DNA of 64,000 bases, taken from positions 23,932,001 through 23,996,000 of the forward strand of contig NC_087449.1 of assembly GCF_036321535.1 (NCBI RefSeq). Reading direction: 5' to 3'. Shown piece by piece: positions 1 through 11,575 of this stretch. Made by a program: the position numbers and the translations under genes. This DNA comes from Camelus dromedarius. Taxonomy: Eukaryota. Every line of letters begins with the position of its first letter. Position 1 is the stretch's first letter. Under the pieces are notes generated by a model. It saw only the letters and a program-made list of their open reading frames with translations. It was not told where the DNA came from and searched no databases.

Positions 1-584
1 AATTCTGACTCAGTCCCCAACCACTTGAGGAGGGGGAGGCTGTCAGATAATATTTCATGGATAGCTAGGCTTAAGTTACTTGAACCAGCTGGGGCTTTTC
101 TTAAGCTACATTTTCCTCTGGCCAGAATATACTCATGGCTGAAGCTGCCTGTTCAGTATCACTCCACAGAGGAATGGGTCTCTCTGTTTTCCTCATAACT
201 GCAGACGCTGCTTCTCTCAGGCTAGAGAAAGCCACGGACCTGGTATTCAGCTTATGTAATAACCAGCTCCCTGCTGGGGTAAGCCACTAAGAGACCTGCA
301 CTCAATTTCAGAAGATAGATATTTCTCCTTTTGGGCCAGAGTCGTTAGTAATGTATTGACTCAAAATAAGTACACACGGGTGTTTTCAGTTCCCCAGAAC
401 TCCTGGATCACTAACACATCAACTCACTATTATTTTCTTCCAAACCTAGCAGTGAAAATCTTCAGCAGTTTCCAATGGATAACAAATATACCAACCATTT
501 AAACCACAATTTAAAAGGTCTTTGAAATTAAAGCCACAAACACCATTATATGATTGTCAGGCAGAGGTCATGAAAAACTGAGTA

Positions 585-790
585 GGGAGGCAAGATGGTG
601 TACTTAACACCCGTGTTCAAATCTTAACACTAGCACATTCTCCCTGGGTGAAGGTGGGGACAAAGTACTTGATTTCGTGAAGCTCATCAATAAAATAAGG
701 ATAATGATATCCTGGCTCAAGGTAAGAATTATGCAAAACACTATGCTCTGATCCAGGCATAATATGAGTACTTAACACATGGTACTTCCA
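585..790 (+). mobile_element. MIR SINE, degraded
   Basis: gtgttcaaatctt...aataaaataaggataatgat...gagtacttaacacat resembles the MIR core and 3' end. Confidence 0.5.
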
Positions 791-976
791 GTGTTTCTCT
801 CCTTCTCATAATCTTGAGCATAAAAATGCCTATTTGGATAAAAAGTAAACACAGAGAAGTCCTCTTTGCCCTTCCTCTGCTCCCAGGGGCTCCTTACAAA
901 GTACTAGCAAGCATAACTTACTTTAAGAGAGAAGCTGGTAATGGAAAGGGTGTATTCTGCTAAGATTCAGAGGAAG

Positions 977-1190
977 GGCTTGGAGTCAGAGACCTGGGTT
1001 CAAGTCCCAGCTACTTGCTCACCGCATCGCCTCACACAAAGTATCCCCTCATCCATGTCCCCATTTACAGCAATAAAAACAATGCCTGTCAAAAAATAAA
1101 CAAATGATTTAATAACACTGAAAATAATACCTGGCTTATAACAAAGGGTTGTTAGAAAGATTATCCGAGAAAATGTTTATAAAGTCCTAA
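977..1190 (+). mobile_element. MIR SINE
   Basis: ggagtcagagacctgggttcaagtcccagctacttg matches the MIR 5' part; MIR-like 3' part follows. Confidence 0.65.
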
Positions 1191-1989
1191 TACTATCGCT
1201 ACAGAACCACTCCAAGAAAGTGACACATTTAGAACCTCATTTGACCTTTGAATTTTACTGTCAACTCCTGGTATGTTTTAAGTTCTTTATCCACACACTC
1301 CTCAAGGCCATTAAAGAACTGATTCCAGCTAAACTCAAAATTCACATTAAACCTTAGTCTGCACACAGTGAAAATGACTCCAAGGTAGGATGGAAAAAAG
1401 AGAGGAAAAAATTCACTCTCTCAAAGTGCTAGATGAGGATTTCTGTTCTTTGGGGATGATTTTCCCCCCTGACCTCCCACCCCAAAACAAACAAAAAACA
1501 AAAAGAACAAAATTTTCAATTGTGCAATGACAGCCTCAATTTCCAAAGTCCGTCTTACAAAACACTGTTTCTTTGTGCCTGCGGCAGTACAATGGGATAG
1601 ATTTCATTAAACAACCAAACAGGTGTGTAGGAAAACACAGCAGATTGCAGGGGCTGGGGTGCCGGGGGCGGGGGGTAGGGGAGCAGGAGAACCCCAGCCT
1701 TGTAAGGTGCCTTGTAGAGATCACTAAAACATTGCAAAAGCTGCAAACGTGTCATCCGTCTGAGCAATTCCACCTCGCCAACTTGAGCTTCAACCAAAAT
1801 GACACCTGACATTTTAACATCTTGCCAATGACATGCTACCAAACAAGTTGGAACTCTGGGCTTAATAAATTAATTGTCTTTGTCTTATTTAAGAGAAAGA
1901 AGAGCTGGAAGTTTCAACCATGCTTCTTGATGATAGGTGATGTTTGTAAGATACTTTCAGAACTGGATCATTTCAACATATCCAAATCC

Positions 1990-2320
1990 TACTCAGTCAC
2001 CACTATGAACTACTGTGGTAGAGGCTCTACGTAAGTTATGTAGCTTAATCCTCACAATGATGCCACAATACAGATATTATTAGCTCCATTTTATAATGAA
2101 AACTTGAGGACTAAGGGAGGGTATAGCTCAGTGGTAGAATGCATGCCTACCATGCATGAGGTCTTGGGCTCAATCACCAGTACCTTCATTAAAAAGATAA
2201 ATAAATTTTTTAAAAAAGTAATTACCTACCCCCTCCAAAAAAAAAAAAGAAAATTTGAGGACCAGAGAGTCTAAAATTATGCAACTACTGAGTGCCAGCA
2301 TTGTGGTTTGAACCCAACTT
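1990..2320 (-). mobile_element. MIR SINE split by a younger camelid SINE
   Basis: aatcctcacaa...ctccattttataatgaaaacttgagg resumes after the SINE as gaggaccagagag...ggtttgaaccca. Confidence 0.6.
2114..2248 (+). mobile_element. Camelid tRNA-derived SINE (Vic-1-like)
   Basis: Head gggagggtatagctcagtggtagaatgcatgcctaccatgcatgaggtcttgggctcaatcaccagtacc carries A-box and degenerate B-box. It is followed by an AT-rich body, attacctacccccctcc and a poly(A) tail. 16-bp TSD gaaaacttgaggacta (2098-2113) / gaaaatttgaggacca (2249-2264). Confidence 0.9.
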
Positions 2321-3165
2321 CAAGCCCTGGGCATTTTCTCTTCCTCTCTTCAACTATTCCAACCAACAGTTATTTTTTCTTGCTCCTGCCTTTTCATTGC
2401 AATCCCTGTCTGTGCCATGCCCTCCCTCTTCAGCAACACCTTTTTCATGGATATATGTCTTGGCTCCTTCAGAAGATTAAATTTTCTGATGGAAGGAACT
2501 CTACCTGTACCTTTTCTCTATCCTCCTGACAATAATTACTGTTGGAGGGAAGCCCAGGGTTTAAGAAGCTTATGTGACTTGCTCAAGGTCACATCCAATC
2601 AGCAATGAAGCAAGTCCAAGCATAAATATGTCAAAAGGCACCAATTATGTTTCAAGCTTGGTCCCTCACAAAAGGCACATCCACACTTGCACTGCTCCCA
2701 TGAGTCAGTGCCTACAAATGCCATCTTCTACCCCAGGAAAGAAAGATGTCCTGTCTGTAGGTCTGAGGAGGTCAAAGATGATCCCACCATAAAAAAGATT
2801 AACTGACTGATGACCCAAGGTAAGAATTTGGATTTTTTTTTTCTTAACGTGTGAAAGGAAGGTGTGAGTCAATCATAAGAAACTCTAAAGGCTACAGAAA
2901 CATTCTGTGACATTCTGGGCAGAGCAGAACTTCCATCCCTTCCCTGGAGGAAGTCTGATGCGGATTCTCAAACTAGGTCTTGTCCCAGAGCTTTGGAAGT
3001 TTTGAAAGCCTTTGATTTCTGGGGCTTTAGCAATACTGCCTTGTTAGTAACCTTCTAGAACCTCCCATTTAGACCTAGTTTTCTAAATAACATGAATTGA
3101 GGAAGAACAGAAACACCGAGACGAATAAATTGAAATGCAGAGAAATCACACCACAGTCTCCATTC

Positions 3166-3268
3166 ACCAGTTTCAAATCCCAGCCATGCAATTTACTATC
3201 TAGAGAAGCTCAGGAAGTTAACCCCTCTAAGGCTCAGTTTGCTCATCTTTAAATTGGGAATGCTGAAA
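3166..3268 (+). mobile_element. MIR core
   Basis: ttcaaatcccagc...ctcagtttgctcatctttaaattggg. Confidence 0.65.
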
Positions 3269-3642
3269 GGATAAATGAGAAGGCTAATAAAGCAGGTAGC
3301 AGCGTACCTGGAACAGAGAAGAAAAGAAGAATTGGTAGAATTTATATACTCACCATCATCAGCTTTTAATGTTTGACATTTTTCATGATACAATGTCAAA
3401 AGGGGGAAAATATACATTTCTGTGCTAATTCTATCAAGGAGCCAGCACTGAGGGTCCCTGCTAATGAAAGACAGGGCTAAGACAGTGATAAGAAGCGTCT
3501 ATATATAATCTCCCCAGGCTTCATTTTAGGCAGAATTTCAAACTCCTCACGCTTCCCTTCAAACCCTTGCTTTCCCCAGAACTCTACTAGGGTATAGACA
3601 CAGCATATGAGAAAAGTAAGAGATTTATCTTTCAGAGAGATA

Positions 3643-3810
3643 AAACTGGGTTTGAACCCCAGCTTAGTTACTCACTGGCTGCAGATAACTTCATCTCTGT
3701 GCACCTCAGTAATCTGAACCTCAGTGTAGCAATAATAAGGCATGTCTCACAGGGTGACTGGAAAGAGCATGAGTAAAATGCCTCACCCATTTCAGAGCCT
3801 TGATAAATAC
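3643..3810 (+). mobile_element. MIR SINE
   Basis: ctgggtttgaaccccagc...ctctgtgcacctcagt...ctcacagggtg. Confidence 0.55.
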
Positions 3811-4744
3811 CAGCTCTGCCACATTTGAATGAGTCCAATGGGCTCAGTGGAGACACTCTGTGTTTCTTCCACGAGCTCCCACGAGCAGGACTGCCAAGAG
3901 GCGGCGGGAGTCGGGAAGAAGCACAAGGCTCTAAAGAGGACGCCACACAAACCAGGCCAGCCTCAGCCTCCCACACTCTCCCAGGGTCTAGAGAAAAATA
4001 ACCCAAACAAACGAAATCGAGACAAGAAAACAAGAGTTCTGCCCTCCTCCTAACCCTTCTCTTCAGCGAGTCCCAGTTCCTGCACTTTGGTTTTGATTAG
4101 AAAGCTTGGTTATGCTTCCCCGCGCTCTTGCAGCCCCCAAGCCCCATCCTAAACAGGGATGGCCTCTTATCAAAGACAATCATGCTTTAATCTATACACC
4201 AGAGCATGCTAATGATACTGTATTGGGTGTTGGTCCTTTGCCAAAGAGTGAACAGTGCCAACATTTGTAGAGTTCCAACAGGAAATTAAATAACTGCCCT
4301 GCTGGAAATATGAACCAATTTACAGTGGTCAAACCTGAATCTTCCAAAACATTGGCATGGTTTATGCGTATCAAGCACTAGGAATGTTTGAGGAAGGAGA
4401 TGGGGAGAAATTCAAGTTAAAACTCAACGAAGTCTTCAAGGGTGACCTTGAAAATGGTCCTTTCCCCTTACTCTGCCCTGGGTATATCCTTCCAGTATGT
4501 ACAGACCACAGGGCATTTACATCATGCTGCCCTGGGAAATATTAACTACTGAAACCTCAGGCAGGGCAGCATTACAGCCACAAATTCAAAAGCACATGCA
4601 GGCAGGAAATGCAAAACTCCAGTTTCCTCCCAGTAGACACGTTCCACATTCTACCCACTACATTATGAAATACATATTTAGAAGCCATCCTATTACATTA
4701 AAGCTTTCCTCCTACACACACAGAGAAAAGTAACACTTTGAACT

Positions 4745-4870
4745 TTCTCTTTAGGGCATTCTCATTGTTAAGTTCAATGAGGTCAGGAACCATGTCCATC
4801 TTTTTCTCCCCATTGTATCCCCAGTGCCTAGCACAGTGCCTGGTATTCAATAAAAGCACGTGATGAAAGG
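4745..4870 (+). mobile_element. L2 LINE 3' end
   Basis: tgtatccccagtgcctagcacagtgcctggtattcaataaa matches the L2 terminus. Confidence 0.7.
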
Positions 4871-6838
4871 GAACTCTTTCTACTGTCATCATAACCATCA
4901 TTTGCTTCGCAACTACCAGGAGTGCAGGGCATCACGCAGGCCCTTCCAGGATGTCAGCTGTCCAAAACACATCCTTGCCATCCTCACAGACCAATAATAC
5001 CAAGCAGCAAGGAAGATGCCTGCCATGGACTCAACACCTGCCATGCACCAAGCAGAATGCAAGGTGTTTTTCTGGCTGTACCACATGCAGTCCTCACAAC
5101 AAGCCTATAAGGTACGCATTCTTAACCTCACCTTGCCAATGAAGACAAGGATACTCAGGGAGGCTAAGTAGGGTTTCATGTAACAGAGGCAACATCTGAG
5201 CCTGTATCACTCACTTCTCCCCAACTCCTGCGAGATGTATATCATTAGCCCCATACCATGGACAAAGAATCCAAGGTTAAAGAAACCCATACTAGTGAAA
5301 ATCCATTACATCACTTTCCTGATATCACACCTCCTCACTTTCTTTCAAGGGCCTGCTGACACATTTCTCTGGTGACGGAACTGGTGTAAATGGTTACATG
5401 AGACAGTACACGTAAAGACCCTCTATGGACAGTCACTGGGCACAATGCAAATACTCAGTGGTTAAAATACTTAATAAAGTTCTGCCTGTGGCCATCTTCC
5501 AAGAGCGACTGCTGTTGTGGGTTCTACATAATCCCAAGGTCAGTCATCACTCTCCTGGGCTTCCAGTCACAGACGGCACGGCATCCCCACCTCACTCCCA
5601 GACACATGACACAAGCCCTGGAAGGGTCCAGTAGAGGAAATGGACTGACCCAGTGGCTCTTACTCAGCAGGACACAAGAGAGTCACCCAGGAAGTTTTTT
5701 CCAAATAAGCAGATCTCCCCTTCCTCCGGACCACCTGTGTCTGTAAGTCCTGGGCAGGATCTGTGTGTGGGGAATTTATAGCGGCTATCCACATGATCCC
5801 ATACTCACCCCTTGATTACGAACCACTAGGATGGAGTCTCTCAAACTCACCTGCACGGTCAGACAAGCGCCCACAGATCCACCATCACAGCAGGGAAAGT
5901 AACTGGAATCACCTCTCTGCCTGATAAAATAAGTTCATAGAAGGAACTATGCTTTGAAAGTTAAAAGCCTTTCCCCATTGAAGATGGTATTATTATTATT
6001 AGTTTCATCTTCATACACAAAGTAGTATATTATTAAATCCATATGTCCTCCTAGTTTCCTTTAATGAACACTCAAAAAAAAAAAAAAAAAAAAACCCAAA
6101 ATACCCAACAAAAAAAGTCATTCCTGTTTCCACAGCAAGTCAACACAGAAGGATTAGGCATTTTTCCTTAATACAAAATTACAAGCCACCACCCAAGAAA
6201 CAAAAAGACAACCACACCTCAAACACAACAGAATTGCTTATCCAAAAATGCATAATATTTGAAGATTTAATGCTCACAGATTAGCATAATTACTGGTATT
6301 CCTGTGGCTCTGCTTTTTTCCATATCCAAAAAGGCATCATCACTTGGAGACTCTCACCAACATCAGAGCAAGAAATGGGCAAAATGAATTTTTCTCCCAT
6401 AGAGTGACCTGGAGGAACTGGGGCTGCTGAGGGTCAGGTGGTATCAGGCTGGCCAAAAGACCAACCACCAATTATAGTGCATTTGCAAAAATAAACCAAC
6501 AGTGGCCAGTCATAATATTCCAGAGCCCTGGTGCTTTTTTTTCCCAAAGAGATCAAAGCTGTAGGTGGAAATAAATTAAGTAAGAGAAAAAGGCTGGTGG
6601 AGAGGGGAACTGGGCAGAGTAGATCCAAAATCCTAGCGGAGAGGAATAGAGACATTCCAATAAAACACAGAAGCAGTAAGAGGCTGCAAAAAGGCACTGG
6701 CCACTGCCCGGTCCCTTAAGCAGTCTGATGAGCTGCATTCATGTTTTGAAGGAGCTGCCTAAAATCATAGGCAAGTGCAACAATCAAGAAAAAGAGTACA
6801 TGACACAGCCAGGGAACCTGTTTTTAAAGGGTCACCCT

Positions 6839-7454
6839 GGGAGTTAAGCCAAGATGGCGGAGTAGAGAGACTCACAGCTCGCCCTCTCCCATAAATACAC
6901 CACGAATTACATGTCAAACCCATTGAATCGCACAGAACACCTACTGAACTCTGGCAGAGTGTCTCTTGCTTCAAAATACAGGAGGGGTCTCACAAAATCC
7001 GATAAAAAATAAAGAAAAAAAGGTCCTGCAAGGAGGGAGCGGCATAGGAAGAAAGGCACCCTCACACTGGGACGGCCCCCTTTCCAGCCGGGAAGTGGTC
7101 AGGGACAGAAGTGGAGCTTCCGAGGCTTGGAGGAGAAAGTGCAACCACTTGGCAGACAGAACTAAGGGAAACTGACATGGAGGGTCCCTGTGATCTGCAG
7201 TCCTAGACGCGAGCCAGCAGGGACAAGCTGGGACTGGCTGCTGGAGATCGATAAACAATAAGTTTATACTGTATAGCACAGGGAACTAAATTCAATAACT
7301 TGTAGTAATTAATGGTGAAAAGAATATGAAAACGAATCTATGTATGTTCCTATGACTGAAGCATTGTGCTGTACACCAGAAATTGATACAACATTGCAAA
7401 CTGACTACACTTCAACAAAAATATATTTTAAAAATTTCTTTAAATAAAAAAATT
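6839..7454 (+). mobile_element. Bipartite L1-derived element: L1 5'UTR (6839-~7246) fused to a camelid L1 3'UTR and A-rich tail (~7247-7454)
   Basis: 5' end gggagttaagccaagatggcggagtagagagactcacagctcgccctctccc is typical of an L1 5' terminus. The 3' part gataaacaataagtttatactgtatagcacagggaac...actgactacacttcaacaaaaa is homologous to the L1 3' end at 16850-17100 (minus). Perfect TSD aagggtcaccct at 6827-6838 and 7455-7466, preceded by a ttttt/aaa endonuclease site. Confidence 0.85.
6851..6860 (+). promoter_or_regulatory. YY1-type motif AAGATGGCGG at the L1 5' end
   Basis: Exact motif 12 nt inside the element's 5' end, the position where the L1 internal promoter YY1 site is known to lie. Confidence 0.6.
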
Positions 7455-8089
7455 AAGGGTCACCCTAAGCTAAGGTTGTGATGATGACTCTGCCTGCTTG
7501 TCCTTTTCCCAAAGGGCACAGACAATACCTGCTTCTCTCCGGAGCCCCAGGACTTCTTCCATGAAAACAAAAGCAGATGAGCATGTCTGACCACAGCCAG
7601 CTGCCTGCCTCCAGAAAGCTAAAATGGTCACAGGAACTTTTCAGGTGTTGCCACTTCAGCAATCCAAAACACCACACAAAAGGATGGGTCATATGGAAAG
7701 CACAAAAGAGATAAACTAATTGGCAACAGTAGAGGTGAATGTGGGAAAAATCCTCATTCAGGACCCTATATATTATGAAAGTTTCATTAAAAAGTTAAGT
7801 ATATGCATTAAACAAACCTGCAAACTGGCAAATAAGTAGGAGGAAAAAAGTCAAGAACCTTGCACAAAGATATTTTCCAGAATAAAAGAAACAAATATGT
7901 TTTCTGTCTAGAGCAACAAATACTTTTTATCTTTGTTTATTGGACTTTTCACCCTAAATATTATGGTGGGTTTAAATCATTTCTCTGATATAGACAGAGA
8001 GAAGTCCATCTGATCGTCACACTAGTTTCTGACACGTCATTCACTCAGTCCACAAAACTTTGGGGGCCACAGACCGCCCATCTCTTTAA

Positions 8090-8320
8090 TGCCACAAATG
8101 TTTATTGAGCATCTGCTTGGTGCCAGGCACTGCGGTAGGTAGGTTCTGTCAGGGTGCAAAGATGTGGTGAGGGCACTGGTGCTTACTCTGTAATAGGTAA
8201 AGGCACACTCACACATACTCCCAATTGTACTGGAAGGCAGTATGTATGAAGTGCTGGAAGGCATTCATTCATTTGTTCAACCAACATTTGCTGAATGTCT
8301 GCTATGCGCTGGGCACACAG
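8090..8320 (-). mobile_element. L2 3'-end fragments (two)
   Basis: aaatgtttattgagcatctgcttggtgccaggcactg and cattcattcatttgttcaaccaacatttgctgaatgtctgctatg. Confidence 0.6.
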
Positions 8321-8584
8321 TTCTGAGTGAGATCATTTCAACTGGGGCAAAAGGTTTCTGGAACAAGGCAGTATTTAAATGCATATTACCACTACATACA
8401 ACATTGCTAAACAAATGAAGATTTTCCAACTCCCTTACCAAACTTTGTCTTTCCAAGGGAAAAACATGGTCTTTTACTTAGTTTTTTTCCATAAAACATA
8501 ACTGAATTTTAAGGAGGAGAGTTTTCTAAAGTATGCTTTTAATGATGAGTAACCTCATAGTTTTCCAAATTATTTAAATGGTTT

Positions 8585-8722
8585 NNNNNNNNNNNNNNNN
8601 NNNNNNNNNNNNNNNNNNNNNNNNNNNNNNNNNNNNNNNNNNNNNNNNNNNNNNNNNNNNNNNNNNNNNNNNNNNNNNNNNNNNNNNNNNNNNNNNNNNN
8701 NNNNNNNNNNNNNNNNNNNNNN
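8585..8722. other. Assembly gap (138 N)
   Basis: N run. Confidence 0.99.
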
Positions 8723-9535
8723 TAATGATAGCCATTCCAACAGGTGTGAGGTGATATTTCATTGTGGTTTGATTATTCCTAATGATTAGCAATGTTGAGC
8801 ATCTTTTCATGAGCCTATTGGCCATCTGCATGTCCTCTTTGCAAAAATATCTATTCAGGTCTTCTGATTTTTTTTTTGAATTTTTTTAATTATTATTGAG
8901 TTGTACTAGCTGTTTATATACATTGGAGATTAACCCCTTATTAGTTATATCATTTGCAAATATTTTCTCCCATTCACTAGGTTGTCTTTTTGTTTTGTCA
9001 CTAGTTTCCTTTGCTGTATAAAAGTTTTAAGTTAAATTAGGTCCCATTTGCTTATTTTTGCTTTTATTTCCTTCACTTTAGGAGACAGGTCCAAAAAAAT
9101 ATTGCTATGATTTATATCAAAAAGAATTCTGCCTATGTTTCTTCTAGGAGTTTTAAGGTTTCTGGTCTTACATTTAGGGCTTTAATCCATTTGGAGTTTA
9201 TTTTTGTGTATGGTGTTAGAGAATGTCCTACATTCATTCTTTTACATGTGGCTGCCCATTTTTCCCAGTACCACTTATTGAAGAGACTGTCTTTTCTCCA
9301 TTGTATATTCTTGCTTCCTTTGTCATGGAGTAATTGACCATAAGTGCCTGGGTTTATTTCTGAACTCTCTATCCTGTTCAATTGATCTGTGTCTGTTTTT
9401 GTGCCAGTACCATACTATTTCGATGACTGTAGCTTTGTAGTATAGTCTGAAGTTAGGGAGTATGATTCCTTCAACTCTGTTCTTTCTCAAGATTGTTTTG
9501 GCTATCCAGGGTCTTTTGTGTTTCCATACTAATTT
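8723..9535 (-). mobile_element. L1 ORF2 C-terminal fragment (inverted segment)
   Basis: Minus-strand translations [60 protein letters not shown] and [26 protein letters not shown] are L1 ORF2 motifs. Confidence 0.95.
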
Positions 9536-9754
9536 NNNNNNNNNNNNNNNNNNNNNNNNNNNNNNNNNNNNNNNNNNNNNNNNNNNNNNNNNNNNNNNNN
9601 NNNNNNNNNNNNNNNNNNNNNNNNNNNNNNNNNNNNNNNNNNNNNNNNNNNNNNNNNNNNNNNNNNNNNNNNNNNNNNNNNNNNNNNNNNNNNNNNNNNN
9701 NNNNNNNNNNNNNNNNNNNNNNNNNNNNNNNNNNNNNNNNNNNNNNNNNNNNNN
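9536..9754. other. Assembly gap (219 N)
   Basis: N run. Confidence 0.99.
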
Positions 9755-10370
9755 ACACTAATTCAAAAAGTTATATGCACACCAATGTTCATAGCAGCAT
9801 TATTTATAATTGCCAAGATATGGAAGCAACCTAAGTGTCCATCAACAGATGAATGAATAAAGAAGATGTGGTATACATATACATATATTAGGATACTACT
9901 CAGCCATTAAAAAACAATGAAATTTTGCCATCTGCCACAACATTTGGAGGATATTTTGCTAAGTGGACTTGGAGGATATTATGCCAAGTAAAATAAGTCA
10001 GACAGAGAAAGACAAATACTGTATGATATCACCTATATGTAGACTCTTAAAAAAAATACAACAAACTAGTGAATATAACAAAAAGAAACAGACTCACAGA
10101 TATAGAAAACAAACTAGTGATCACCAGTGGGGAGAGGGAAGGGGAGATGGACAATATGGAGGTAGGGGATCAAGAGGTACAAACTATTATGTATAAAATA
10201 AGCTACAAGGGTATATATGTGTATATACATATATAGTACAACACAGGGAATATGGCCAATATTTTATAATAACTATAAATGGAGTATAACCTTTAAAAAT
10301 TGTGAATCACTATATTGTACACCTGTAACATATAACATTGTACATTAACTATATTTCAATTAAAATTTTT
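9755..10370 (+). mobile_element. L1 ORF2 end plus 3'UTR (artiodactyl-type)
   Basis: caccaatgttcatagcagcattatttataattgccaagatatggaagcaacctaagtgtccatcaacagatgaatg through to ctatatttcaattaaaa. Confidence 0.95.
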
Positions 10371-10499
10371 TTTAAATAACCTTTTTTTCTTTCATTTTAC
10401 TATTCCATATCTTGTGACCCCTCCTCCCCCCCCCAAAAGACCAATATCTTCTTCTCTTATTTAAAAGGGTGGCAGGAAGCACTTAACAGAACTCAGAGG

Positions 10500-10735
10500 C
10501 CGTGGGGCATGGTGGAAAGGCTTTGGAACCAGTCACTGGAGTTCGATTCTGAGCAATCCCTTCCCAGCTGTGTGACCTTGGCAAATGACTTAGTCTCTCT
10601 GGGCTCAATTCCTTTATGTATAAATTGGGGTCAATAATTCCTTCCTCATAGTGAGTGGTCATGAGGATTAAATGAGGTAATAAAAATAAAGCCTTTAATA
10701 GAGTGTTCAACACATATAAAGCTTAATAGATGGTA
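10500..10735 (+). mobile_element. MIR SINE, near full length
   Basis: ttcccagctgtgtgaccttggcaaatgacttagtctctctgggctcaattcctttatgtataaattgggg...gaggattaaatgag. Confidence 0.85.
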
Positions 10736-11009
10736 GTTATATTTTTAATAGCATTTAAACACTCGACGTTGTATTATGGGAAATAGTCCTCCTAAGCACT
10801 GCCTATTTCATAAGTATTCCTGTTCTTATTTTATTTAATGGGAAACTGGGACCTGAAGTGTGTCATAAAAAGTTGACTGTCAAGTTATGTACTTATTCAA
10901 AAAACTCAGACTTTTCCCTCCATTTATCCATCCATCCATTCAGTCATTCAACCAAAACATACTGAGCACTTGCTATGTCCCCAACCCTCCTAGAGTTTAT
11001 AATCTAGAG

Positions 11010-11233
11010 TAGGAATTAGCAAAATGTTTCAATAAAAGGTCATGTAGTAAATATGTAAGTCTTTGCAGGCCATACAGTCTCTCCTGCAACTATTCAACCC
11101 TGACACTGTAGCACAGAAGCCCCCATAGACACTGTGTAAGTGAACGTGTGTGGGTGTGTGCCAATAAAACTTTATTTATAAAAACAAGTCATAGGCCCCA
11201 TTTGGCTGGAAGGCCTTAGTTTGCCAGCTCCTC
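11010..11233 (+). mobile_element. MER58A-like hAT-Charlie MITE
   Basis: tagtaaatatgtaagtctttgcaggccatacagtctct...gtgtgccaataaaactttatttataaaaacaag...tagtttgccagctcct. Confidence 0.85.
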
Positions 11234-11459
11234 ATCTAAAAGAATCTGGTTTTACTTTCTGAAAGCCTTTTGTATTTATTGGAATTGACTCCAACCTGGA
11301 CCTGAGGAGACAGAGCCGAAGGTAAGGCAGTTCTTCCCACGCCAACATTCAGACCCTTCTTGATCACTGTCACTCGGTGAGTATAGAGACTGAAACAGGC
11401 CATGAAGGCAGACAGAATCTTAACTTGTCTGAGTCGTAACAAACCTGGAATCTCCAATG

Positions 11460-11575
11460 CCCCCACCTCACAGATGGAGAGACTGAGGCCCAGAGGAAAG
11501 AAGTACCACAGCGTGTCCCTCACCACGAGGCACAACTCGAGTTAGAACCCAGTCTCTGGTCCCAAAGACCAGGGT
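11460..11575 (-). mobile_element. MIR fragment
   Basis: cacagatggagagactgaggcccagagg...ttagaacccagtct. Confidence 0.55.

Noticed and set aside
2114-2190. tRNA-like sequence
   Set aside because: It is the head of a SINE, with AT-rich body, poly(A) and TSD, and a decayed B-box. Not a functional tRNA gene.
4435-4452. Inverted repeat ttcaagg-gtga-ccttgaa containing an ERR/SF-1 site (TGACCTTGA)
   Set aside because: Short isolated motif at chance level, with no supporting cluster.
6725-6731. CTGATGA hammerhead ribozyme core
   Set aside because: No downstream stem II plus GAAA and no stems I/III. Other CTGATGA hits I checked also lack them.
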